From Campylobacterales bacterium (GTDB taxonomy: Bacteria; Campylobacterota; Campylobacteria; Campylobacterales; Nautiliaceae), in contig JALUWM010000069.1 in NCBI GenBank assembly GCA_027019465.1, positions 1 to 57,471 on the forward strand: a stretch of 57,471 bases of DNA, in the 5' to 3' direction. Shown piece by piece: positions 1 to 8,617 of the stretch. Numbering within the stretch: the stretch's first letter is position 1; every line of letters starts with the position of its first letter. The position numbers and the translations under genes were made by a program. Under the pieces are notes generated by a model, which saw nothing but the letters and a program-made list of their open reading frames with translations, had not been told where the DNA came from and did not search any database.

Positions 1-1
1 A

Positions 2-94
2 AACACTGAAAAATATATGATGGAACTTTTACAAAATGAAGAAAAAGTTGCTAACTTTTTTAAGCATCCAAGTATCGCTTATGCAGCTTCGTAA
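2..94 (+). CDS. 3' end of an unidentified CDS (partial, enters from upstream of the window)
   Basis: Open frame from position 2 to TAA at 92-94 (..NTEKYMMELLQNEEKVANFFKHPSIAYAAS*). Too short to assign a family. Confidence 0.4.
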   Translation, partial: NTEKYMMELLQNEEKVANFFKHPSIAYAAS

Positions 95-107
95 TTATTG
101 AGTTTAT

Positions 108-701
108 TTATTGGTGGAGTAATAAAAACGTTTTTCTTGCCTTTTCGGCTTTTTTAATAAATTTTAATTTCTTTTTAATAATATTTTTAACATCAAATCC
201 AAATTTAGCCATTAATTTTTCACATTTATAATAATCATGAACCATGCCAAGACTATCCTGAATTTTTTTAAGATATTTTTCATATTTAGAATTTGTATAT
301 CTACATTTTTTTATTTCAAGTCTTATTTTATGAAGCTCATTTTCTTTTCTATCCAAAAAACTTTTTTGAAGAATATTTTTACACTTACTAATATTAAGGA
401 TATCTTCATTTGAAACTTTATTTACAACTTCATTTTTAAAACTTTTTAACAAAAAAATAAATTCTTTTCTTAATTTTTTATGTTTTTTTTTAAGATATTT
501 TTTAATTTTTTGATTTTTACAAATTTTAAGTCCAACATCTGTATCTCTTAGAGATGAAGATTTTTTAAGCAATAATTCAAGCCCTAAATCACTTTTTTTT
601 TCTAAAGAAAGTTTTGAGAGTTTTTTTCTTGATGAAATTCTTAATTTATGAAGAAGTTTTTTATCATCTTTTTTAATATATTTTTTTATTAACTTTTTCA
701 T
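108..701 (-). CDS. Hypothetical, extremely lysine-rich basic protein
   Basis: 199-aa ORF with no competing ORF. GAGG sits directly against the first ATG (707) but 6 nt before the second ATG (701), so the start is placed at 701. No recognisable domain. Confidence 0.5.
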   Translation of the reverse strand: MKKLIKKYIKKDDKKLLHKLRISSRKKLSKLSLEKKSDLGLELLLKKSSSLRDTDVGLKICKNQKIKKYLKKKHKKLRKEFIFLLKSFKNEVVNKVSNEDILNISKCKNILQKSFLDRKENELHKIRLEIKKCRYTNSKYEKYLKKIQDSLGMVHDYYKCEKLMAKFGFDVKNIIKKKLKFIKKAEKARKTFLLLHQ

Positions 702-735
702 TTTCATCCTCTTTTTTATAAATTATATCACATTT

Positions 736-744
736 TGTTATAAT
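736..744 (+). promoter_or_regulatory. Extended -10 promoter element (TGtTATAAT) for aspS
   Basis: TGnTATAAT match about 22 nt upstream of the aspS ATG, in the divergent intergenic region. Confidence 0.4.
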
Positions 745-765
745 TGCACCAAAAAAAGGAAATTA

Positions 766-2529
766 ATGAGAAGCCATTACTGTGCAGAGCTTAATGAAAT
801 GAATGTAGGAGAAAAAGTTCATCTTATAGGCTGGGTAAATTCTTTTAGAGACCATGGGGGAGTTATTTTTATAGACCTTAGGGACAGAAGCGGTCTTATA
901 CAGATAGTAGCAGACCCAGCTGATAGCAAAGAAGCACACGCCATTGCAGAAAAAATAAAAGATGAATATGTAATAAAGATTGAAGGAACAGTCAGACTAA
1001 GAGGTGAAGGACTTGAAAATCCTAAACTAAAAACAGGTAAAATAGAAATTATTGCCGATGGAATAGAAATAGAAAATACAAGCGAAGTTTTACCTTTTCA
1101 AATAGGCGAAAATGTAAATGAAGAACTTAGACTAAAATATAGATTCCTAGATTTAAGAAGCAAAAATATGCTTGACACATTTGTTTTGAGAAGTAAAGTA
1201 ACAAATGCCATTAGAAGATATTTTGATGAGAAAGGTTTTATAGATACAGACACACCAATTCTAACCAAATCAACTCCTGAAGGCGCAAGAGATTATCTTG
1301 TACCAAGCAGGGTTCATCCTGGAGAATTTTATGCACTTCCACAATCACCTCAGCTTTTCAAACAAATTTTAATGGTTGCAGGATTTGAAAAATATTATCA
1401 AATTGCAAAATGTTTTAGAGACGAAGACCTAAGGGCTGACAGACAGCCTGAATTTACCCAGGTTGATGTTGAGATGAGTTTTGTAACACAGGATGATGTT
1501 ATTGAAACTATAGAAGGAATGACAAAAGAAGCTTTTAAAGTAGCGGGAATTGATTTGAATTTACCTGTAAAAAGAATAACTTATAATGAAGCTATGGAAA
1601 AATACGGAAGCGATAAACCGGATATGAGATTTGAACTTCCTATGAGCGATGTTTTAAATGAATTTAAAGATTCTAGCAATGAAATTTTTGCTTCTATTGC
1701 AAGTGATGCTAAAAACAACAGAATAAAAGCCCTTAAAATTCCTGGCGGAGATAACTTTTATTCTAGAAAAATGTTAAAAGAACTTGAAAATTTCGTTAGA
1801 AAATTTGGAGCAAAAGGACTTGCTTACATTCAGGTAAAAGAAGATGGGCTAAAAGGACCTTTAGTTAAATTCTTAAGTGAAACATCTTTAGAAAAAATGA
1901 TAGAAAAATTAAATCCTCAAATTGGAGATATCATATTCTTCGGAGCAGGAGATAAAAAAACAGTACTTGATTATATGGGAAGATTAAGAGTAAAAATCGC
2001 CAATGATATGGGACTGATTGATGAAAACAAATACAGCTTCTTATGGGTGGTTGATTTCCCTATGTTTGAAAAAGATGATAAAGGCAATCCTACTCCGCTT
2101 CATCATCCATTTACAATGCCTGATATGAATACTTGGGATGAAGAAAATTTTGAAGATATTAAATCTGTTGCTTACGATTTAGTTTGTAACGGATATGAAA
2201 TTGGAGGCGGAAGTATCAGGATTCATAAAGAAGCAATACAGGAAAAAGTATTTAAACTGCTTGGAATTAATGAAGAAGAAGCAAGAGAAAAATTTGGATT
2301 TTTACTTGATGCTCTTAAATTCGGTGCACCTCCGCACGGTGGATTTGCACTAGGGCTTGACAGGGTTGTTATGCTTATGAGAAAAACAGATAATATAAGA
2401 GATGTTATAGCATTTCCTAAAACACAAAAAGCTCAATGTCTGCTTACAAATGCACCTGGCGAAGTTGATAAAACGCAGCTTAAAGAGTTACATATAAGAA
2501 TAAAAAAACCAAAAGCGGATAATGAGTAA
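766..2529 (+). CDS. aspS: Aspartate--tRNA ligase
   Basis: 587 aa with class II AspRS signatures ([28 protein letters not shown]). AGGA RBS upstream. Confidence 0.97.
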   Translation: MRSHYCAELNEMNVGEKVHLIGWVNSFRDHGGVIFIDLRDRSGLIQIVADPADSKEAHAIAEKIKDEYVIKIEGTVRLRGEGLENPKLKTGKIEIIADGIEIENTSEVLPFQIGENVNEELRLKYRFLDLRSKNMLDTFVLRSKVTNAIRRYFDEKGFIDTDTPILTKSTPEGARDYLVPSRVHPGEFYALPQSPQLFKQILMVAGFEKYYQIAKCFRDEDLRADRQPEFTQVDVEMSFVTQDDVIETIEGMTKEAFKVAGIDLNLPVKRITYNEAMEKYGSDKPDMRFELPMSDVLNEFKDSSNEIFASIASDAKNNRIKALKIPGGDNFYSRKMLKELENFVRKFGAKGLAYIQVKEDGLKGPLVKFLSETSLEKMIEKLNPQIGDIIFFGAGDKKTVLDYMGRLRVKIANDMGLIDENKYSFLWVVDFPMFEKDDKGNPTPLHHPFTMPDMNTWDEENFEDIKSVAYDLVCNGYEIGGGSIRIHKEAIQEKVFKLLGINEEEAREKFGFLLDALKFGAPPHGGFALGLDRVVMLMRKTDNIRDVIAFPKTQKAQCLLTNAPGEVDKTQLKELHIRIKKPKADNE

Positions 2530-2770
2530 ATTATCTTTAAACGATTTAAAAAAAAATGATGTTTTTAAAATTGTAGATTTTGATGACAGTTGCGGAAATT
2601 TTAAATACAGATTAAGAGATTTAGGTATTCATAAAGGTCAAATAGGTCAAATTTTAAATAAGTCCTTTTTTGGACCTGTTGAAATAGAAATAGATGCTAG
2701 AAAAATAGCTATTGGAAAAGGTATGAGCAAAAAAATTTTTGTTAAAAAATTTGAATGCCCGATATTATAA
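2522..2770 (+). CDS. FeoA-domain small protein
   Basis: 82 aa. The ATG overlaps the aspS stop (ATGAGTAA), suggesting translational coupling. SH3-like FeoA pattern ([16 protein letters not shown]...VEIEID). No feoB in the window. Confidence 0.7.
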   Translation: MSKLSLNDLKKNDVFKIVDFDDSCGNFKYRLRDLGIHKGQIGQILNKSFFGPVEIEIDARKIAIGKGMSKKIFVKKFECPIL

Positions 2771-2773
2771 GAA

Positions 2774-2836
2774 AATGGGTAAATGGGTGGATGGGAGAAT
2801 GAGTTACCCATATACACATTTACTCATTTACCCATT
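2774..2836. repeat. Octad-periodic palindromic element (4 forward + 4 inverted AATGGGTA-like units)
   Basis: ATG at 2775, 2783, 2791 and 2799. CAT at 2809, 2817, 2825 and 2833. The outer 12-bp arms 2774-2785 and 2825-2836 are perfectly complementary. Confidence 0.75.
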
Positions 2837-2856
2837 AACAAAATTAAGGAGTAACA

Positions 2857-3438
2857 ATGAAAAAAAAACTGTTTTTAATTATAGGAGCCCCAGGAAGCGG
2901 GAAAACAACAGATGCTGAGATTATAGCAGAGCAAAATACTGATACAATAATTCACTATTCAACAGGGGATTTACTAAGAGAAGAAGTTGCAAGCGGAAGT
3001 GAGCTTGGTAAAGAAATTAAAAGTTATATTGATAACGGAAAACTTGTCCCTTTGCAAATTGTAATCAATACAATCAAAAGCGCTATCGAAAAAGCTGATA
3101 AACCGGTTGTAATAATTGACGGATTCCCAAGAAGTGTTGAGCAAATGGAAGCACTTGATGAGATGTTAAAAACAAATAGCAATATTGAACTTGTAGAAGT
3201 TATTGAAGTTGTTGTAAGCGAAGAAGTTGCAAAAGAGAGAGTCCTAGGCAGAGCCAGAGGTGCAGATGATAATGTTGAGGTATTTAACAACAGAATGAAA
3301 GTTTATACTGACCCTCTAGCTGATATAGAAAAATTTTATGAAGCACAAAACAAACTTATTAAAATAAACGGTGAAAGAACTATTGAAGAAATAGTTGCGG
3401 ATATGGAAAAAGAGATTAAAGAAAAAGCTGAAATTTAA
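2857..3438 (+). CDS. adk: Adenylate kinase (short-LID type)
   Basis: P-loop GAPGSGKTT and 193 aa. AAGGAG RBS 5 nt upstream. Confidence 0.95.
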   Translation: MKKKLFLIIGAPGSGKTTDAEIIAEQNTDTIIHYSTGDLLREEVASGSELGKEIKSYIDNGKLVPLQIVINTIKSAIEKADKPVVIIDGFPRSVEQMEALDEMLKTNSNIELVEVIEVVVSEEVAKERVLGRARGADDNVEVFNNRMKVYTDPLADIEKFYEAQNKLIKINGERTIEEIVADMEKEIKEKAEI

Positions 3439-3677
3439 TTCTCTTTTTTATTTTCACATCTTAATGCTTCCTCAGTTTTAATGTGTTCAAGTCTAGTAAT
3501 TAAATTATTAAATATTTTAAGCTGTTCATCACATTTTTTTTGTAATTCGTCTCTTTTTTCTTCCAAAATTTTAAGCTGTTTTTCAATATCATCTATCGAA
3601 ATATTACATTTTTTTGCAGCCTCTTCTTCTTTATTCAACACCCAATTAGTTATTTTTTCTAAAAATTCTGTAAACAT
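3435..3677 (-). CDS. Hypothetical small coiled-coil protein
   Basis: Start placed at ATG 3677, preceded by AAAGGA plus 5 nt. The ORF-track start at 3701 is a TTG. The 3' end overlaps the adk stop by 4 nt (convergent). No domain recognised. Confidence 0.4.
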   Translation of the reverse strand: MFTEFLEKITNWVLNKEEEAAKKCNISIDDIEKQLKILEEKRDELQKKCDEQLKIFNNLITRLEHIKTEEALRCENKKEN

Positions 3678-3748
3678 TTTTATCCTTTTTATATAAATCA
3701 AGTGCTATTCTAACACAAAAAAATTAATTTTATAATAAATAAGCTTAA

Positions 3749-4939
3749 TTACATCCCGGGAATTCTTGGAATTACATTTAATTTTGAATTTTTAAAATAC
3801 CAGCCCCACCCTTTTTTCATCCAATGTCCGATAATCGGCAACGGTATCATTTTGGCTTTTTTATTATCTCTATATACAAAAGCTGCCCCGTTACCTATGT
3901 CCATCATACATAAAATATTGATATGAGAAACATACTCTTTTCTAACTTCTGTGCCTTTTTCTATTTCATTTATATTAAAAGCTGCAACCTTTGCCATAAC
4001 TTCAGCTAAATGTCCCTGTTTTGCTCTCCAGTCCGGTCCGTCAATACAAGCACTGTCCCCTATTGCAAAAATTTTATATTTACCTGTACTTGTATCATCA
4101 AAATTATGCATAACTTCGCAATATTCGTTTATTCTTATAAATCCGGCATCATTAAGAGGAAGGGATGAATCTTTAAATATTTTAGGGCCGTTGCCTGCAG
4201 GAATAAACATTGTTAAATCACTCTCTAATTTAGAATCATCTTCAAAAATAACTCCATCAGTTACAAATTCTTTTATTTTTTTACCTTTAATAGCTTTTAT
4301 ATTAAGCCTTTTAAACATATCATCCATAGCTTTTAGAGATTTTTCTCCCATTCTAGCCCCCGGTTTTGGCATAGGAGCAAAAAAAGTGATTTCAAATTTA
4401 TCTCTAACTCCAAGACGTCTAAGTTTATTATCAACATTAAACATAACTTCAAAAGCAGGACCACCTCTTACATTGCTAGGGTCTTTTGGATTTCCGCCAA
4501 ATCCAAAAGCCAATTTTCCACTTCCTTTTCTTATTAATTCATCAAGTTTCTCTTTTATTTTAAGAGATTCTTCAGGTGCCCCACAAATAGATAAAAAGTT
4601 TTCACTTCCTTTTGGTTTCATTTTATCCGCACCTATTGCTATAATTAAATATTCAAAATCACTAAATTCATTTTTTTCGCATTTAACTATTTTCTCATTC
4701 ACTTTAAGCTCAGTAACTTTGTCCAAAATTACTTTAAATCCGTGAACTCTAACCAAATCATCCCACTTAATTATACAATCATTAAAATTATATTCTCCTG
4801 TTGGTATCCAAATAGAAATTGGATAAACATACATATAATCCCTGTTTGTCACAATCGTTACATCAAACCCGTATTTTCTAAGCCATATAGCAGCTTCAAG
4901 CGCTGCAAATCCTCCGCCTAAAATCAAAACTTTTTTCAT
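3749..4939 (-). CDS. FAD-dependent pyridine nucleotide-disulfide oxidoreductase, sulfide:quinone reductase / NDH-2 family
   Basis: N-terminal Rossmann motif ILGGGFAALEAA, a GDSA motif, and a C-terminal ILCMMDIGNG resembling the SQR C-terminal Cys region. The substrate cannot be decided from sequence alone. Confidence 0.8.
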   Translation of the reverse strand: MKKVLILGGGFAALEAAIWLRKYGFDVTIVTNRDYMYVYPISIWIPTGEYNFNDCIIKWDDLVRVHGFKVILDKVTELKVNEKIVKCEKNEFSDFEYLIIAIGADKMKPKGSENFLSICGAPEESLKIKEKLDELIRKGSGKLAFGFGGNPKDPSNVRGGPAFEVMFNVDNKLRRLGVRDKFEITFFAPMPKPGARMGEKSLKAMDDMFKRLNIKAIKGKKIKEFVTDGVIFEDDSKLESDLTMFIPAGNGPKIFKDSSLPLNDAGFIRINEYCEVMHNFDDTSTGKYKIFAIGDSACIDGPDWRAKQGHLAEVMAKVAAFNINEIEKGTEVRKEYVSHINILCMMDIGNGAAFVYRDNKKAKMIPLPIIGHWMKKGWGWYFKNSKLNVIPRIPGM

Positions 4940-4982
4940 AGCTACCCCTCATAAGATATTTTTATGGTAATTATAACAAAAA

Positions 4983-6182
4983 TTAATCTTTAAGTTTAGT
5001 TGCAAAATATATTCCCACTAAAAGCATAAAAATTGTAAAAATATATAAAATTTTATATCCTGAGATTTCTAAAATAAATCCACCCGGAATTGAGAAAAAA
5101 AGACCAATTGAAGTAATGTTGTTTTGTAAGGCAACATAAATAGGTCTTTTATCTTCAGAAGCTATTTCAAACAAAAGATTCATTCCGCTTATTTTAAATC
5201 CGTCAATAGCCATTCCCATTAAAAAGAAAAAAGCAAAATAGATAATTTCTTTTTGAATAAATAAAACTGATAAAAAAGAAAGCGTCACTAATCCGTAAGA
5301 AATTAAAAATATTTTTTTGTAATTAGGAGATAGTTTTTTCCATATAATATTTCCTAAAATACTCCCTAACATTTGAACGGTTACAAATCCACCTACAAGC
5401 CACCCTGTTAAATGAATAGTATTTTTTGCCTGAATAATTACAAAAGGAAACGCGAATAAAAAAGAATAACTAAAAAACATTGCCAAAATTTGAATTTGAA
5501 GAGCTTTGTCTTCTTTTAAGAAATTAAAAGCGTTTTTTATATACTTAAAAAAGCTCTCTTCTTTTATCCTTACATTTTCTTTAACAGGCTCTTTTATACT
5601 AGCAAATGCGAACATTCCTACACTCATTAAAAACGCACTTATCATAAATAAATAAGCATAACTTCTAGGAGGCTCAAAACTGCTTAATACCCATCCGGCA
5701 ACCCCACCGCTTAAAATAGAACCCACAGCTGCTAAAAGCTGGCGATTAGCCATTGTTTTACCACGCTGCTGTTTATCGAAAACCTTTGCTATAACTTCAC
5801 TAAAATATATACTTCCAAAACCTGCTGAAAATGAAAATATAAATAAAAATATCCCAAAAAGTATTAAAGTAAGCGTGTGATTTTTATCTCCTACTATAAA
5901 AATACTAAACCCTATTAAAAACCAGGTTATAACTCTTACTATAAAAACCCGTCTAAGATACGGCATAGCCTTTTTAAAAGTTTGGGCATAAAATGCCGCT
6001 ACAAGCTGCACTAAAATAGCCCCTCCTCTTAAAAGAGAAACAAAAACCCCTATAATTATCACATTTGCTGTAAAATGATGAATAATTAAAGGTAAAATTG
6101 TGCTTGGTTCTGCAATAGTCATAGCAACTGCCAGAAAAAATCCGTGCATTATGTTTTTTATATTATTTTCTTTGTAATTCAT
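4983..6182 (-). CDS. MFS transporter
   Basis: About 12 hydrophobic helices. Start set to ATG 6182 (AAGGAAG RBS). The upstream GTG extension to 6263 runs through the repeat element. Confidence 0.85.
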   Translation of the reverse strand: MNYKENNIKNIMHGFFLAVAMTIAEPSTILPLIIHHFTANVIIIGVFVSLLRGGAILVQLVAAFYAQTFKKAMPYLRRVFIVRVITWFLIGFSIFIVGDKNHTLTLILFGIFLFIFSFSAGFGSIYFSEVIAKVFDKQQRGKTMANRQLLAAVGSILSGGVAGWVLSSFEPPRSYAYLFMISAFLMSVGMFAFASIKEPVKENVRIKEESFFKYIKNAFNFLKEDKALQIQILAMFFSYSFLFAFPFVIIQAKNTIHLTGWLVGGFVTVQMLGSILGNIIWKKLSPNYKKIFLISYGLVTLSFLSVLFIQKEIIYFAFFFLMGMAIDGFKISGMNLLFEIASEDKRPIYVALQNNITSIGLFFSIPGGFILEISGYKILYIFTIFMLLVGIYFATKLKD

Positions 6183-6213
6183 TTGCTTCCTTGTTATTGA
6201 TATATTAATGTAT

Positions 6214-6309
6214 AGTGAGCAGTGAGTAGTATTTAGTGCATAGTAAATAATAATTCTACCCACTTAATACTACACACTTTTCACTTTCCAGTGTCCATTT
6301 TTCATTTTT
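6214..6309. repeat. Heptad-periodic inverted element (5 forward + 7 inverted units)
   Basis: AGT at 6214, 6221, 6228, 6235 and 6242. CAC, TAC, CAG or CAT at 6261, 6268, 6275, 6282, 6289, 6296 and 6303. Arms 6214-6238 and 6261-6285 pair at 22 of 25 positions. Confidence 0.75.
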
Positions 6310-8329
6310 AATTAATTTTATATCCCGCTTCAGCTAAAAATCTGCTTGGCTGATACTCTATATTTTTTATTCTATCATATCTTGCATAAGCAAAACAGAG
6401 CCTGTCTTTTGCTCTTGTGACAGCTACATAAAAAAGCCTTCTTTCTTCTTCAACTCCTCCTGCAGATTTGGATAATTTTATATTTGGAAATCTACCTTCC
6501 ATCATATCAATAATATAAACTTCTTTAAATTCAAGTCCCTTACTTGCGTGAACAGTCAAAAGATTAACCCCTCTTCCAGCACTCATTTCACTAGCACCCA
6601 AGACCATTGCATTAATAAATTTTTCTAAATCAGTATAATTTTTTAGTAGATTTCCTAAAATATTTATTTTATTTCTTATTTTTTCCTGATTATCTTTTAA
6701 AAGGTCTTGATTTATATTTCCGTTTTTGTCTTTGCTTCTTTGAGATGCTAAATAATTAATAATTAAGGTTATTAATTTTGAATTTATAAGTTCATTAAAA
6801 ATAGAATTAGGATTTTTAAGTCTTTTTGTCTTTTTCAAAAACTTATAAAATTCATACAAAAATTCAGCCCCTTCAGTACTTAATTTTGGATGGCGTAAAA
6901 TTGGATTAGATAAAAACCCTTCTTCAAATCCAAGGTTTTTAAATTTAGCCACACTTCCAAGCTGAATAAAATCATCAAAAAGCCCTAACTGATGGGAAGT
7001 AGTCTTTTTAGTAAATACTTTTTTGTTTAAATCAGGATTTAAAAATCCCTTTAAGGCATTACCTTCTCCTAAAATAGTTAAAGCCTCAAAGATTTCCCCT
7101 GCAATTGCACTTCCAACACCTCTTGCATATTCGAAAATATGAATAAAAGCCATAATATCTTTTGGATTAAGTAAAAATACCAAAATATCAAGTGTCACTT
7201 TTATCTCCCTGCTTTCAAAAAAACCGACTCCTCCTTTTCTTTTACACTCAATCCCTTTTTCCCTAAGCATAGCTTCAATAGCATCTGCACTTGAATTATT
7301 CCTAAAAAGAATGGCTATTTCATTTCTATTAGTAGAACTTGAAGAAATTCTGTTTGCTATATCTTTATACTCCTCAAAAGTATCGTGATACATTAACACC
7401 TTTGGATAAATATCAGAATATCCTCTTGTAACTTCAAGCTCTTTTGAATAGATTCTAGGATTATTTTTAATAACTTTATTTGCAACTGCCAAAATCTCCC
7501 CATAACTTCTGTAATTTTTCTTTAAAGTATAAACTTTTGCATCTTCATATCTTTTATCAAAAGTAGAAATAATATTAATATCTGCTCCATTAAAAGCATA
7601 AATACTCTGGTCATAATCTCCAACACAAAAAAGAGAATTTTGTTTTAGGGCTTCTATAAGTCTATTTTGAAGAGGATTTGTATCTTGATATTCATCAACT
7701 AACACTTCTTTAAAAGGATTTTCTATTCCACTTTCGAGTTCTTTTATCATTCTAAGCAAAAGTGAATTAAAATCTACTAAATTATGCTCTTTTTTAACTT
7801 CCTCAAATTCATCAAATATATGCTCATAAATCATAATAAACTCTTCTTGAAGTGGAGCTCTTTTTAAAAGCCACTCTTCAAAGGAAGAAGTATTTGAATT
7901 TAAAAAAAGAGAATAAACATCAAAAAGATAATTGGCTCCATAAGGCTTTTCTTCATATCCTAAACGACTAAAATCTCTTTTGTCATAAATTGATTTAAAT
8001 AAAACTTTCATATCTTTTGGAGTTTTTAGGACTATTTTTTTATTAAGTTTTTTTAGCCATCTGTAACTGATAGAATGAAATGTTCCAGCTTCTATATTTT
8101 TTGCATTGACGAATACAGAAGAAATTCTCTCTTTCATCTCATTTGCAGCTTTGTTTGTAAAGGTTAAAAGTAAAATTTCCTCAGGTTTTACACCATTTTG
8201 AAGTAAGTGAGCAATTCTTCCTATAATTGTAGATGTTTTTCCTGTTCCCGCACTTGCAATAATTAAATTATGTCCAAAACCGGCTGTTGCGGCATTTAAC
8301 TGCTCGGTATTTAGTTTAGTAAGAGGCAA
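6308..8329 (-). CDS. UvrD/PcrA/Rep-family ATP-dependent DNA helicase
   Basis: Walker A AGTGKTS, DEYQDTN and VTRAKD motifs. TTG start with an AAGGA RBS. Confidence 0.9.
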   Translation of the reverse strand: MPLTKLNTEQLNAATAGFGHNLIIASAGTGKTSTIIGRIAHLLQNGVKPEEILLLTFTNKAANEMKERISSVFVNAKNIEAGTFHSISYRWLKKLNKKIVLKTPKDMKVLFKSIYDKRDFSRLGYEEKPYGANYLFDVYSLFLNSNTSSFEEWLLKRAPLQEEFIMIYEHIFDEFEEVKKEHNLVDFNSLLLRMIKELESGIENPFKEVLVDEYQDTNPLQNRLIEALKQNSLFCVGDYDQSIYAFNGADINIISTFDKRYEDAKVYTLKKNYRSYGEILAVANKVIKNNPRIYSKELEVTRGYSDIYPKVLMYHDTFEEYKDIANRISSSSTNRNEIAILFRNNSSADAIEAMLREKGIECKRKGGVGFFESREIKVTLDILVFLLNPKDIMAFIHIFEYARGVGSAIAGEIFEALTILGEGNALKGFLNPDLNKKVFTKKTTSHQLGLFDDFIQLGSVAKFKNLGFEEGFLSNPILRHPKLSTEGAEFLYEFYKFLKKTKRLKNPNSIFNELINSKLITLIINYLASQRSKDKNGNINQDLLKDNQEKIRNKINILGNLLKNYTDLEKFINAMVLGASEMSAGRGVNLLTVHASKGLEFKEVYIIDMMEGRFPNIKLSKSAGGVEEERRLFYVAVTRAKDRLCFAYARYDRIKNIEYQPSRFLAEAGYKIN

Positions 8330-8427
8330 TTTTTTTCCTTTTTGAATGAATTATATTAGTTTAAAAAACAAAAAATTACTTTTTAGGCACTGAGTAAATT
8401 AGCTATCATCAAAAAAACTACAAAGAT

Positions 8428-8480
8428 AAAAATATAACAGTGTTGCACAGCAAAATAAAACACCGAACTGTTATATTTTT
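8428..8480. other. Perfect 14-bp inverted repeat (AAAAATATAACAGT / ACTGTTATATTTTT) with a 25-nt spacer; terminator or sRNA stem
   Basis: Arms 8428-8441 and 8467-8480 are exact reverse complements. T-runs flank the hairpin on both strands. It lies inside the longest intergenic region of the window. Confidence 0.4.
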
Positions 8481-8593
8481 ACTTTTTTGTTATTTAGTTA
8501 GTACCACTTTTTAATTATCCTAACCGGATTTTAATAAATAAAAAGCTTCCTATCCTTTTTGTTTGAATATAGTTTTAAGTATTCAGAGTTAAA

Positions 8594-8617
8594 TTAACAT
8601 AATAATTTTACTCTTTA
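8594..8617 (-). repeat. 24-nt exact repeat, copy 1 (spans the argB stop codon)
   Basis: TTAACATAATAATTTTACTCTTTA is identical to 9532-9555. Confidence 0.9.

Noticed and set aside
483-491. Homopolymeric A/T tracts (for example T9 at 483-491 and A9 at 33026-33034) as phase-variation switches.
   Set aside because: A/T runs of this length are expected in such an AT-rich genome and mostly encode Lys or Phe runs. No long poly-G/C tract of the contingency-locus type is present.
3951-4745. 264-aa plus-strand ORF antisense to the SQR-family gene. Similar antisense ORFs lie at 9763-10056, 25219-25677, 37934-38326, 43641-43922, 44043-44372, 45032-45358, 46353-46601 and 48816-49241.
   Set aside because: These are shadow ORFs. 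In this antisense frame third codon positions align, so stops can only arise opposite Tyr, His or Gln codons. The translated products are low-complexity (Ser/Leu/Phe/Ile-rich) with no motifs, and the sense genes have strong family signatures.
6183-6263. N-terminal extension of the MFS ORF (GTG start at 6263).
   Set aside because: The extension runs through the heptad repeat element and has no RBS. ATG 6182 has an AAGGAAG RBS and gives a normal MFS N-terminus. For similar reasons I trimmed the ybeY (10162->10255), kdsB (37917->37983), Nudix (57336->57288) and mltG (51317->51215) ORFs.
8515-8523. DnaA-box-like TTATCCTAA in the long intergenic region (possible origin).
   Set aside because: It is a single degenerate box with no cluster, no adjacent dnaA or dnaN, and no recognisable AT-rich unwinding element architecture.
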